Below are positions 48,348 through 55,596 of a stretch of DNA of 64,000 bases, in pieces (within the stretch, counting starts at the first letter, position 1; each line of letters begins with the position of its first letter). Under the pieces are notes generated by a model. The model did not search any database, was not told the origin of the DNA, and saw nothing but the letters and a program-made list of their open reading frames with translations. A program made the translations under genes and the position numbers. Source of the stretch: a virus; IMG/VR virus record IMGVR_UViG_3300027759_000050, positions 32,001 to 96,000 of that record; one strand, written 5' to 3'.

Positions 48348-48739
48348 TTTGTTTCCTCTGCTAGTTTCCTATAACCCGACCAACTTGGATGTATTTTGTC
48401 TTTCGCAAGTTTTTCAATTGGTAATACAATATCACCATAATCTTTTGCTACCAATTGGACCATTTGCTGAACATAGGGTTTGTTTGCAGGCAATATCCAA
48501 AACACCCTGTCAGCATCAACTCTATTCCTTAGTTTCTGCAACTCCCACAGCGTCCTAACACCCTCATGGTCGTTTGATCCTAGGCTGATAATGACTGTTT
48601 TTGCATTCAGATTCTTATTCGCATTCCGTTTGTTCCATTGAGAACTATTGATACCACTTTCTGCATATGCAATACACCTAGGCCGAAACTGCTGTGTGCC
48701 TTCTGCAATACTATCACCAAGAATCAAACAATCAATCAT
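48344..48739 (-). CDS. SGNH/GDSL hydrolase-like protein
   Basis: ILGDSIA (block I), ISLGSND (block III), DKIHP (block V). Confidence 0.8.
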   Translation of the reverse strand: MIDCLILGDSIAEGTQQFRPRCIAYAESGINSSQWNKRNANKNLNAKTVIISLGSNDHEGVRTLWELQKLRNRVDADRVFWILPANKPYVQQMVQLVAKDYGDIVLPIEKLAKDKIHPSWSGYRKLAEETK

Positions 48740-48942
48740 TCTTCGATTTCCTCATTCCACATTCTTACAGGCATATAACCCATTGAGCTGTTTAACCAGT
48801 AATCAACTTCCGATTGGGGCATTCCTTCTGCGACCAACCATTTATAGAATTCATTTCCGACTAATGCTTCATCAGGCATTGCTTTTGGGAATCCCCATTT
48901 CCAACCACTTGGTGGGTCACATATAGTTACAGTTTTTTTCAT
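48736..48942 (-). CDS. hypothetical protein
   Basis: DPPSGWKWGFPK motif. Confidence 0.7.
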   Translation of the reverse strand: MKKTVTICDPPSGWKWGFPKAMPDEALVGNEFYKWLVAEGMPQSEVDYWLNSSMGYMPVRMWNEEIEE

Positions 48943-49186
48943 ATATTATCCTTATACTGAGTAAATAAAGTCCCTGTAGACACCATAGCGGCGTATCAGA
49001 ATCGTAATTAAAACGCCTATGGTCAGTTCCAATGCGAACAAAACCGCTAGTATGGTGCCTAAAATTATCATTTTTTAGTAGTCATTTCGACCATCCAAGT
49101 CCTAAAATCACGGCGAGATATATTGGTTATAGGTATACCAGCCGTCTTACAGAAATGGTAAGCATCAAGATAAAATCCAAACTCTT

Positions 49187-49702
49187 TCATACTTTTTCTC
49201 CTTCGGAATCATCTTCATCCATATTTTCTTCTTCCCAATCTCGAATATAACCAACGATATTAAACATTTCATCCAATTCCTCAGGAATGGTTGCAGCAAC
49301 ATCATCGGCATCACCTTCAAGAGCATACTCATCATTCTGGCCATTTTCGTAGATACCAGCAAAGCCCATGCCAGATTCGTAGTAATAACCTTTGACAGTG
49401 TAACCTTGTTCAGTCAGATAATCATAGAATCGAACAGGAGGTGCCCATGCTGAATCAAATGAAAGGGTTACAGATTCATCGGTGTCCTCGGTGACATAAA
49501 CATCCACATCCCACTTGGTTCCCCAATTAGAAACATTCCAATCATACCAGCTTTCTTCTTCACCGGCAGGCCGAGGAAGCAGGACATTCATAAAATCAGT
49601 TGAAACCTTGGTTTGGTTATTCAGCACGGCCTGACGGAACTCATCCAATTTAGATTTATCGGCATGAGAAACAACAACAACATTAGCGCACCAATTAGGC
49701 AT
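49187..49702 (-). CDS. YubB/ferredoxin-like-fold phage protein (DUF1281-like)
   Basis: MPNWCAN, WYDWNVSNWGTKWD, FDSAWAPP, YYESGMGFAG. Confidence 0.8.
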   Translation of the reverse strand: MPNWCANVVVVSHADKSKLDEFRQAVLNNQTKVSTDFMNVLLPRPAGEEESWYDWNVSNWGTKWDVDVYVTEDTDESVTLSFDSAWAPPVRFYDYLTEQGYTVKGYYYESGMGFAGIYENGQNDEYALEGDADDVAATIPEELDEMFNIVGYIRDWEEENMDEDDSEGEKV

Positions 49703-49724
49703 AATAATTCCTTAAAATATAAAA

Positions 49725-49916
49725 TTAACGATTACACAATTCACAGTCAGCACCATCAGGGCCAACCTTTACTTCGTCATACCATGACAAGTCCATCCCA
49801 TCAGTTAGCATGAAATCGACACGAGCTTGTGCTAATTCTGCTGTGGGATAAACACCAAAGATATAACTCTCAGGGCATCCCCGGGTCTCTGCACGGACAA
49901 TAAAAATTGAAGTCAT
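49725..49916 (-). CDS. hypothetical protein
   Basis: SD AGGA; IFGVYPTAELA. Confidence 0.65.
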   Translation of the reverse strand: MTSIFIVRAETRGCPESYIFGVYPTAELAQARVDFMLTDGMDLSWYDEVKVGPDGADCELCNR

Positions 49917-49925
49917 AATAATCCT

Positions 49926-50174
49926 TTAACCAAAAATCTGAGCGTCCATCTCTTGGACTTGTAACTCTTTAGTGGTGTGGTCGATAATCTCCCAAATACC
50001 ACCTTTGACCGGCAAGGCCATCACAATATCATGCGAATAGACCGAACCCATTTCAGTGTAATAACCTTCTACCTCGACCATACGGGTCGTACCGCGTTGG
50101 TTATCCATCATAGTACCGTACCAGCCATTACGCATACGGACACGCATACCTTTTTTAATATCAGCAGTTTTCAT
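49926..50174 (-). CDS. hypothetical protein
   Basis: ATGA-coupled; EVEGYYTEMGSVYSHDI. Confidence 0.7.
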   Translation of the reverse strand: MKTADIKKGMRVRMRNGWYGTMMDNQRGTTRMVEVEGYYTEMGSVYSHDIVMALPVKGGIWEIIDHTTKELQVQEMDAQIFG

Positions 50175-50398
50175 TCTTTGACTCCAAAGTGTTCCATTAT
50201 AACATCAGACGATATGCCATAAGGTTCATCATTCCTTATACATTCATAATTGTATTTTCTCACCAATTTGGCACATTCCCACACAATCAACTCGGCGAAC
50301 TTGTTCAACTGTGCTGGCAATAATTTATCAGTTGCAGGGTTATCCCAATATTCTTCTGCCCAAATTTTATCAGCAAGTTCTTGGATTCGTTCGTTCAT
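50171..50398 (-). CDS. hypothetical protein, paralog of 45437..45649
   Basis: shared MNERI and KFAELIV motifs, also similar at DNA level. Confidence 0.75.
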   Translation of the reverse strand: MNERIQELADKIWAEEYWDNPATDKLLPAQLNKFAELIVWECAKLVRKYNYECIRNDEPYGISSDVIMEHFGVKE

Positions 50399-50487
50399 AT
50401 CAAGGTTCCAATAACATTCGTATAGTAATCAATATTACACACACTACAATGATCCAGGCTTGTGTTTCTGTCATCATTCATTACCTC

Positions 50488-51015
50488 TTACTTGTTATCA
50501 ACCACAACAAACTCGGTGATGCCATACTTTTTGGTCAGAAATGCTTTTGCAGCATCGACAGTAGGACGGGCCGCTTCAGATTTACCACCGAACCAGGCCA
50601 TATACTTTTGACGGTCTGCACGGAACACGATAGTACCATCTGCAAAGGTTTCTTTAGTAGATACTTTTGCTACCTTGACAGTCTTAGGTGCTTTCGGCGC
50701 TTTAGCAGGTTTTGCTACCTTGACAGGTTTGGTACCAGTGATATCCATACCTACAGAATCCATCAATTCTACAACGGACACTTCCTTGGTCGCTTTTGGT
50801 GTCAGCACCTTGACAGGACCACGCCACGGTAGGAAACCGAGAGCACCAGTCTTACCTTTGGCTTGCATCACATCTTCCATGAGATACTCGCAGCGTGACC
50901 ATTCCTGGGACTCGGCATCGAACCAGCGATACGGAGTGCCGAGTTTCTCACCACGGTCGACCACATACAAGCCAGAGTGAACAGGATTAACACCAGAATT
51001 AAATACTTTTTCCAT
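50488..51015 (-). CDS. early protein with K/A/P-rich histone-like linker
   Basis: SD GAGG; KPVKVAKPAKAPKAPKTVKVAK. Confidence 0.75.
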   Translation of the reverse strand: MEKVFNSGVNPVHSGLYVVDRGEKLGTPYRWFDAESQEWSRCEYLMEDVMQAKGKTGALGFLPWRGPVKVLTPKATKEVSVVELMDSVGMDITGTKPVKVAKPAKAPKAPKTVKVAKVSTKETFADGTIVFRADRQKYMAWFGGKSEAARPTVDAAKAFLTKKYGITEFVVVDNK

Positions 51016-51043
51016 AATTACCTCTATCAACAAATCAAACTAT

Positions 51044-51096
51044 ATTATAACAGAATCCAACGGATATGTCAAGCACACTGTTGTTTTTATACAACA
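51044..51096 (-). promoter_or_regulatory. sigma70 early promoter with TGTTG-N8-CAACA palindrome
   Basis: TTGACA-N17-TATAAT; TGTTGTTTTTATACAACA at 51079-51096. Confidence 0.85.
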
Positions 51097-51336
51097 TCAA
51101 TATTCATATGCCGAGAAAGCAACAGCATTCTGCTTCAGGCAGGTAGACTGACGGCAGGTACCGTTCCGATTAGGAAACGCATCGGCAGGAGTATTACGAG
51201 GACCACGGTATCGCAGTTTGTAATATTTACCAGTGATTTTAGATATTTCCCGAAATACAGGAAGATATTTAATTGGGATATTAGAATATTCAGCCCGTGC
51301 CGAGTAATTAGCAAAAGAATTAAAAGATATTTTCAT
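51097..51336 (-). CDS. hypothetical protein
   Basis: NIPIKYL, LRYRGPR, STCLKQNA. Confidence 0.7.
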   Translation of the reverse strand: MKISFNSFANYSARAEYSNIPIKYLPVFREISKITGKYYKLRYRGPRNTPADAFPNRNGTCRQSTCLKQNAVAFSAYEY

Positions 51337-51360
51337 GATAATATAATAATTAAATAATAA

Positions 51361-52110
51361 TTATGCCGCTTTGAGCATAATTGAAGGGTATTTTACGAAA
51401 CCAGAGGTATCTTTTTTCGCTTTACCTTTTGCATAGAGACCGACCACAGAGTTTGCAGGGTCCAGAAAACGCAGGTCCGATTCATCGCCGTTAAATACAG
51501 GCATAAATTTATAGGTTTCAGGCATTGCTGAACCTTTTTTGATACCGAATACCACAGCAATATTATAACCTTGGGTCATCGCCGACATTACATCAGCATC
51601 ATTACCATCAGCAGCAGAAAATGTCAGGTGATAATTAGCAATATTATTTACTTTACGACCTAGCACCTTGGTGTAGTCATAGAATTGGACATTAGGAAAT
51701 GCCGCGAAAATATTGATATATGTCACACCGTCTACCTCGACAGTATATTTTTCCCATGATATATCAGAGGTACCATTGAGGCGGAACACAGGAACCAGAC
51801 CTTGTTTCGCTGCCTGCTTGATTGCTAATTTAATATCAGCGACCAACCACTCAAAGAAACCAGCACGCTCTTCGTAGAAAAACACCGTTTTGCGAATCCG
51901 TGCCTTTTGAATAACATTGGTATTTTCACCTTTTTTGAACATACCGCCGCGACCGGCAGTATTCAAGCAGGCAGCAATACAACCTGCCGTTGCTTTGGGG
52001 CAAGTATTATGTCCTGATAATGTAGCAGGAGCAAGGTGCAGAATATAGGTCATATAACCTTGAGTCATACCCTTGAGCGTTTTGGGATTACCGACTGATA
52101 ATAATTTCAT
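51361..52110 (-). CDS. GP88-family (radical-SAM-like Cys-motif) protein
   Basis: LHLAPA, CPKATAGCIAACLNTAGRG, FRLNGTSDI, QFYDYTK, YHLTFS, GDESDLRFLD, GLYAKGKA. Confidence 0.75.
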   Translation of the reverse strand: MKLLSVGNPKTLKGMTQGYMTYILHLAPATLSGHNTCPKATAGCIAACLNTAGRGGMFKKGENTNVIQKARIRKTVFFYEERAGFFEWLVADIKLAIKQAAKQGLVPVFRLNGTSDISWEKYTVEVDGVTYINIFAAFPNVQFYDYTKVLGRKVNNIANYHLTFSAADGNDADVMSAMTQGYNIAVVFGIKKGSAMPETYKFMPVFNGDESDLRFLDPANSVVGLYAKGKAKKDTSGFVKYPSIMLKAA

Positions 52111-52113
52111 AAT

Positions 52114-52323
52114 TTACTCCACAGAAACAAAAATATCAACTACAGAGGACAAAAGCATCGACATTTCATAGTCGCCATTATTATCATCTTCGCATTCTGC
52201 CACCAATTCGAATTCGTTTAGAGCATCATAGATTAAATCTAATTGCTCTTGCGTGAATAATTGTTGCAACATTGCTTGCTGTTCTGCTTTTGTCATTTTG
52301 TTACTTTCAGTATCGTTTAACAT
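52114..52323 (-). CDS. small acidic early protein, probably leaderless (ATG 52323)
   Basis: ATG 7 nt after TATAAT; no SD. Confidence 0.65.
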   Translation of the reverse strand: MLNDTESNKMTKAEQQAMLQQLFTQEQLDLIYDALNEFELVAECEDDNNGDYEMSMLLSSVVDIFVSVE

Positions 52324-52330
52324 GAGTGCC

Positions 52331-52372
52331 ATTATACACGAATCCTAGGATTTGTCAAGCAACCTTAGTTGC
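52331..52372 (-). promoter_or_regulatory. sigma70 promoter with GCAAC-N4-GTTGC palindrome abutting the -35
   Basis: TTGACA-N16-TATAAT; GCAACTAAGGTTGC identical to the copy at 54174. Confidence 0.85.
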
Positions 52373-52579
52373 GATCCGGTCTTTCTTTACAGAATGATCC
52401 GAAAATACAGAATAAACTCCGTCGGGGGTAATAAATTTCCGCAATTTATGGTTATATTGACCATCCGATACTTTAGTATAACCGTATTGTGGGTGCTGCA
52501 AACGAATATCATCCGTTTTCAACATAAACAGGACATTTTTATATCCGTTATAAACGGCACAGTTTGCAATAATTTTCAT
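52355..52579 (-). CDS. hypothetical early protein ending in IATKVA
   Basis: the stop TGA lies inside the downstream -35 TTGACA. Confidence 0.65.
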   Translation of the reverse strand: MKIIANCAVYNGYKNVLFMLKTDDIRLQHPQYGYTKVSDGQYNHKLRKFITPDGVYSVFSDHSVKKDRIATKVA

Positions 52580-52845
52580 TTTGGACTAATTCCGACTACC
52601 ATATTCATAGTAGAAAAAGATATATTAACCAGAAGCATATTACGGTCGTTCAATGCTGCTTCGATTTTATTCACAATATTATCCTTGAATTGTTGCTCTT
52701 CAAAGGATAGATTATGCCGCGCTTCATGGAGATGGGTATAACCATTATTATCAAAAGTAAATGGTACCAAATATACCTCTTTTGATCCACCTGCGGTAGT
52801 ACCATTCAGCAGTCTCCGAGAATTAAATAATATTTTATTCGCCAT
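52576..52845 (-). CDS. hypothetical early protein
   Basis: SD AGGT; ATGA coupling. Confidence 0.65.
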   Translation of the reverse strand: MANKILFNSRRLLNGTTAGGSKEVYLVPFTFDNNGYTHLHEARHNLSFEEQQFKDNIVNKIEAALNDRNMLLVNISFSTMNMVVGISPK

Positions 52846-52872
52846 AATATCTACCTTTACAGTCCAGACTAA

Positions 52873-53046
52873 TCAATATTCCGCCAGCATTTCATACTCC
52901 GATACCACAGTATCAAAAGCATCCTGCTCAGTAGCAGTTAAGCCCGCATATTCCAGTTCCATTGTTTCAATAGCGTCCATAAATGATTCGCATTTATTAG
53001 AGTAACCGAAGCGAGAAACTACCGCCATTGCTTGTCCGAATGTCAT
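52873..53046 (-). CDS. small acidic early protein (57 aa, not in ORF track)
   Basis: SD AAGG; MTFGQAMAVVSRFGY...EYEMLAEY. Confidence 0.6.
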   Translation of the reverse strand: MTFGQAMAVVSRFGYSNKCESFMDAIETMELEYAGLTATEQDAFDTVVSEYEMLAEY

Positions 53047-53063
53047 AATATAACCTTTTCCAA

Positions 53064-53336
53064 TTAAACCGTTATTAAATAATAATCTTTGATAATACGA
53101 ATAGCATCCTGAATATTATCAGCAGCATTATACAACCAACCAGTTTGAGTATCACCCAAATCAATATTAGAATGATATACTGATATTCCACCAGTTTTCA
53201 TATTATGCACAAATTTACCGATTAGTTTAGAACCATCGAATAAATTATAAGTATAATATTCGGGGTCAGTATCAGCAGTAAATTTGCTAGATTCAGCAAT
53301 AATATAAAAATTGCGCGCGGTAGTATCGTTTTTCAT
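53064..53336 (-). CDS. early protein, probably leaderless (ATG 53336)
   Basis: TATAAT-GGCACCT-ATG geometry. Confidence 0.7.
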   Translation of the reverse strand: MKNDTTARNFYIIAESSKFTADTDPEYYTYNLFDGSKLIGKFVHNMKTGGISVYHSNIDLGDTQTGWLYNAADNIQDAIRIIKDYYLITV

Positions 53337-53343
53337 AGGTGCC

Positions 53344-53875
53344 ATTATACAGGTGCCATAGAGGATTGTCAAGCACTCATAGTTGCGATCCTAGGATTAT
53401 TGTGCAATATAGTGCATTTTTGTGTCATAAAAACAACAGCCCGCAGGATATGTCGCATTATCATGTAAATGAGAATGATTCTCATCCATATTGTCGCATC
53501 CAGAACATTTTAGCGGAGTTTAGTCTGTGTGTCCGATTTTCCTGTGAATAATCCAGCATTATATCAGAAAATCCGAAGGTTGTCAAGCGTTTTCCGCACA
53601 ATTTTCGCATATTTTTCGCTATTGCTTCGAGGTTCTTCATAGATAAAAACTATCGCGGGTCTCTGAGATGCTCTGAGAATATATCAACCACTCTCCACGT
53701 CCATCCCGCTCATTGCTTCGAATCATGCGTCCATTATACCAGAACCCCTGAGCATTGTCAAGCCCTCCTGCCTATTGTATTCCTCTATCAGCCTCTGAGG
53801 TCTCATAGAGGGACTCTATCGATTCGCCCACAGTCGGTGTGCCTCCATCCTATCACAATCCAGAGCCCCTGTCAA
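53344..53875 (-). promoter_or_regulatory. four tandem leftward sigma70 promoters (53344-53372, 53558-53586, 53733-53761, 53847-53875)
   Basis: TTGACA-N17-TATAAT three times and TTGACA-N17-TAGGAT once, with no substantial ORF between them. Confidence 0.85.
53469..53485. promoter_or_regulatory. Fur-box-like operator
   Basis: ATGAGAAT-G-ATTCTCAT perfect 8-1-8 palindrome matching the 7-1-7 Fur motif variant TGAGAAT-N-ATTCTCA. Confidence 0.7.
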
Positions 53876-53885
53876 GCCCCAGCTG

Positions 53886-53975
53886 GACACTACCTGGCCA
53901 CCTGTTTTTTCGGATAGCTTCGAAAAGCTGCAGCTTTCCGCTGGTTTTGACGGAATCAGGTGGCCAGGTAGTGTC
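53886..53975. repeat. 90-bp nested dyad at the early-transcription divergence point
   Basis: 19-bp perfect IR GACACTACCTGGCCACCTG (53886-53904 and 53957-53975) and 14-bp palindrome AAAGCTGCAGCTTT (53924-53937) share one axis (53930/53931). Confidence 0.95.
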
Positions 53976-53985
53976 TCACCATTTC

Positions 53986-54037
53986 GCAACCATTGTTGTG
54001 ATTTTTCGCTTGACAATCCCACTGGTTCTGGTATAAT
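53986..54037 (+). promoter_or_regulatory. first rightward sigma70 promoter with GCAAC-N4-GTTG box
   Basis: GCAACCATTGTTG at 53986; TTGACA(54010)-N16-TATAAT(54032). Confidence 0.85.
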
Positions 54038-54044
54038 GGCACCT

Positions 54045-54191
54045 ATGAAAACGACACACCCTACACCACCAGCCACAGGATGCGACACCGGCCTTTGCCA
54101 GGACTATGATAGTGGATTGGCCCGCTGGTTCTCCAGCCGGTTGGGTGCTCTCTATTATTTGAGACTCCATTTCGCAACTAAGGTTGCTTGA
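54045..54191 (+). CDS. leaderless 48-aa early protein (not in ORF track)
   Basis: ATG 7 nt after TATAAT; MKTTHPTPPATGCDTGLCQDYDSGLARWFSSRL...FATKVA; stop lies within the next -35. Confidence 0.65.
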   Translation: MKTTHPTPPATGCDTGLCQDYDSGLARWFSSRLGALYYLRLHFATKVA

Positions 54192-54216
54192 CATTCCTAC
54201 CAATCCATTGTATAAT
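54174..54216 (+). promoter_or_regulatory. sigma70 promoter cassette
   Basis: GCAACTAAGGTTGC-TTGACA-N17-TATAAT-GGCACC...AAACGAAAC. Confidence 0.88.
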
Positions 54217-54246
54217 GGCACCACTTAAACGAAACAAGGACGCAAA

Positions 54247-54558
54247 ATGATAATCTCCGAATATGATGCTCTGCAAAGCTACGACGAAATGCTGGATGAC
54301 GTATACCCTGAGGTTACTCTGGGCTTCTCCTCCTTCCTGCCTTCCCGTGTGCTGAAGGAAATGGACCGTACGGCCTACAATGAGGGTTTCCATGACTATG
54401 TAAATTCTATGGCTGACGACGGCACCTACGTTGAAGGCTACACCGATGACCTGGAAGAATCCGTCGATGATTCTATGGACGGTGACCACGATTCGGCCAT
54501 GGCCTCTGCGGGCTTTGGTACGGATGAGGATTATGGTTCTTTTGGTAATGAGGAATAA
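54247..54558 (+). CDS. highly acidic early protein
   Basis: SD AGGA; YDEMLDDVY...VLKEMD and SMDGDHDSAMASAGFGTDEDY. Confidence 0.8.
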   Translation: MIISEYDALQSYDEMLDDVYPEVTLGFSSFLPSRVLKEMDRTAYNEGFHDYVNSMADDGTYVEGYTDDLEESVDDSMDGDHDSAMASAGFGTDEDYGSFGNEE

Positions 54559-54559
54559 A

Positions 54560-54688
54560 ATGAAATTTTTAATTGGTATGGCTTTTGGTATCATAGTGGC
54601 TACGGTTGGTTTTACTGGCTTTGCTCAGTTGGCCGACCATGGTCTGGTCAAGGTCAAGGCTGCGGCCACTGAGGTGATTGCCAAATAG
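54560..54688 (+). CDS. small membrane protein; start revised to 54560
   Basis: SD GAGG; MKFLIGMAFGIIVATVGFTG. Confidence 0.7.
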   Translation: MKFLIGMAFGIIVATVGFTGFAQLADHGLVKVKAAATEVIAK

Positions 54689-54697
54689 TTCCAAATC

Positions 54698-54739
54698 GCA
54701 ACTATAGGTTGTGACAGGAAAGACCAACTCTGGTATAAT
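54698..54739 (+). promoter_or_regulatory. sigma70 promoter cassette
   Basis: GCAACTATAGGTT-GTGACA-N17-TATAAT; flanks repeated at 55932-55993. Confidence 0.82.
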
Positions 54740-54760
54740 GGCACCATCTAAACGAAACAA

Positions 54761-54846
54761 GGTTGATCCAAAAAGCAAGACACGCAAAACGGAACCCACG
54801 CGAAAGCAAAAAGGGAACCACGCAAAAAGTCAAGCACGGATCAACC
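54761..54846 (+). ncRNA. stem-closed, U-depleted repetitive leader RNA
   Basis: 9-bp IR GGTTGATCC/GGATCAACC enclosing 68 nt with a single T and three CACGCRAAA units. Confidence 0.5.
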
Positions 54847-54866
54847 ACCTAATTTAAGGACTCCAA

Positions 54867-55235
54867 ATGACCGAAATGACCCGCACCGAAGAGCTTCAAT
54901 CCATCCACTGGGATATGTACAAGGACGCTCATGGCTTCCGTCCTCGCCATGTAAATACCCTCCACTGGACCGAGGAAATGTTCTTGGCTGAATTTGAGGC
55001 TCTCGAGCTGGTCATCCGCCAAGAGGAGCTGCAGCGTGCCTTCGCTGAAGGTAAAGCCGCTGCTCGCTTCGAGGCTCGCGTGGATGACCTGATGGCCACT
55101 GGTGCTAAGGATGCCGAGACGGCCATCCGTTGGATCATGGACGCCGAAGGCGCTAATGGCGACCAAGGCTTCGCTGAGTACCTGCTGGGCCTGCCCTACG
55201 GTTACATTACCAAATTCGCAACCAAAGTTGCTTGA
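54867..55235 (+). CDS. conserved phage early protein ending in FATKVA
   Basis: SD AAGGA; WDMYKDAHGFRPR, GAKDAETAIRW, LGLPYGY. Confidence 0.85.
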   Translation: MTEMTRTEELQSIHWDMYKDAHGFRPRHVNTLHWTEEMFLAEFEALELVIRQEELQRAFAEGKAAARFEARVDDLMATGAKDAETAIRWIMDAEGANGDQGFAEYLLGLPYGYITKFATKVA

Positions 55236-55260
55236 CTTTTCTCTCAACCGGGTGTATAAT
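55218..55260 (+). promoter_or_regulatory. sigma70 promoter cassette
   Basis: GCAACCAAAGTTGC-TTGACT-N17-TATAAT. Confidence 0.85.
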
Positions 55261-55293
55261 ACATCCATCGTAAACAAAAAAGGAAACTTTAAA

Positions 55294-55563
55294 ATGGCTA
55301 AATCAAAATCTTTTCTCGGTTCTGCTCTCGCACTCAAGCGTGAAGCTCTGAAGGCTCTCAAAGCTGAAGTCGCTCAAATGGCTAAACAATATGCTCATGA
55401 GCGTTTCGCTATCAAGCAAGATAAATTGGTTATGGCTGCTGCGCGCAAGGAAGCTGCTATCGCAAAAGCGAAAGCTAAACTGGAAAAGCTGACTGCTCCA
55501 GTCGGTGCGAAAGCTCTCAAAGCGAATCGCAAACCATCCGCAGTTATTGTGACCAAGGGCTGA
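55294..55563 (+). CDS. very basic K/A-rich early protein (possible nucleic-acid binder); start revised to 55294
   Basis: SD AGGA; ARKEAAIAKAKAKLEKL...VGAKALKANRKPS. Confidence 0.8.
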   Translation: MAKSKSFLGSALALKREALKALKAEVAQMAKQYAHERFAIKQDKLVMAAARKEAAIAKAKAKLEKLTAPVGAKALKANRKPSAVIVTKG

Positions 55564-55596
55564 TTATATCACAAGGGGCTTGCTTTGTCAAGCCCC
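55563..55596 (-). promoter_or_regulatory. antisense sigma70 promoter overlapping a GC hairpin
   Basis: minus-strand TTGACA-N17-TATAAT (55591-55563); hairpin GGGGCTTG...CAAGCCCC. Confidence 0.7.

Noticed and set aside
53400-53418. NtrC-like box (TGCACTATATTGCACA on the minus strand)
   Set aside because: Only one half-site matches and no sigma54 promoter was recognised.
53390-53550. CsrA/RsmA-sponge sRNA (several GGA motifs on the minus strand)
   Set aside because: The GGA motifs are not clearly in hairpin loops and their number is compatible with chance.
53816-54224. ORF-track ORFs crossing the dyad (53816..54088, 53839..54036, 53976..54224)
   Set aside because: They overlap divergent promoters and the inverted repeat and lack an SD; their shared GGQVVS peptide simply reflects the IR.
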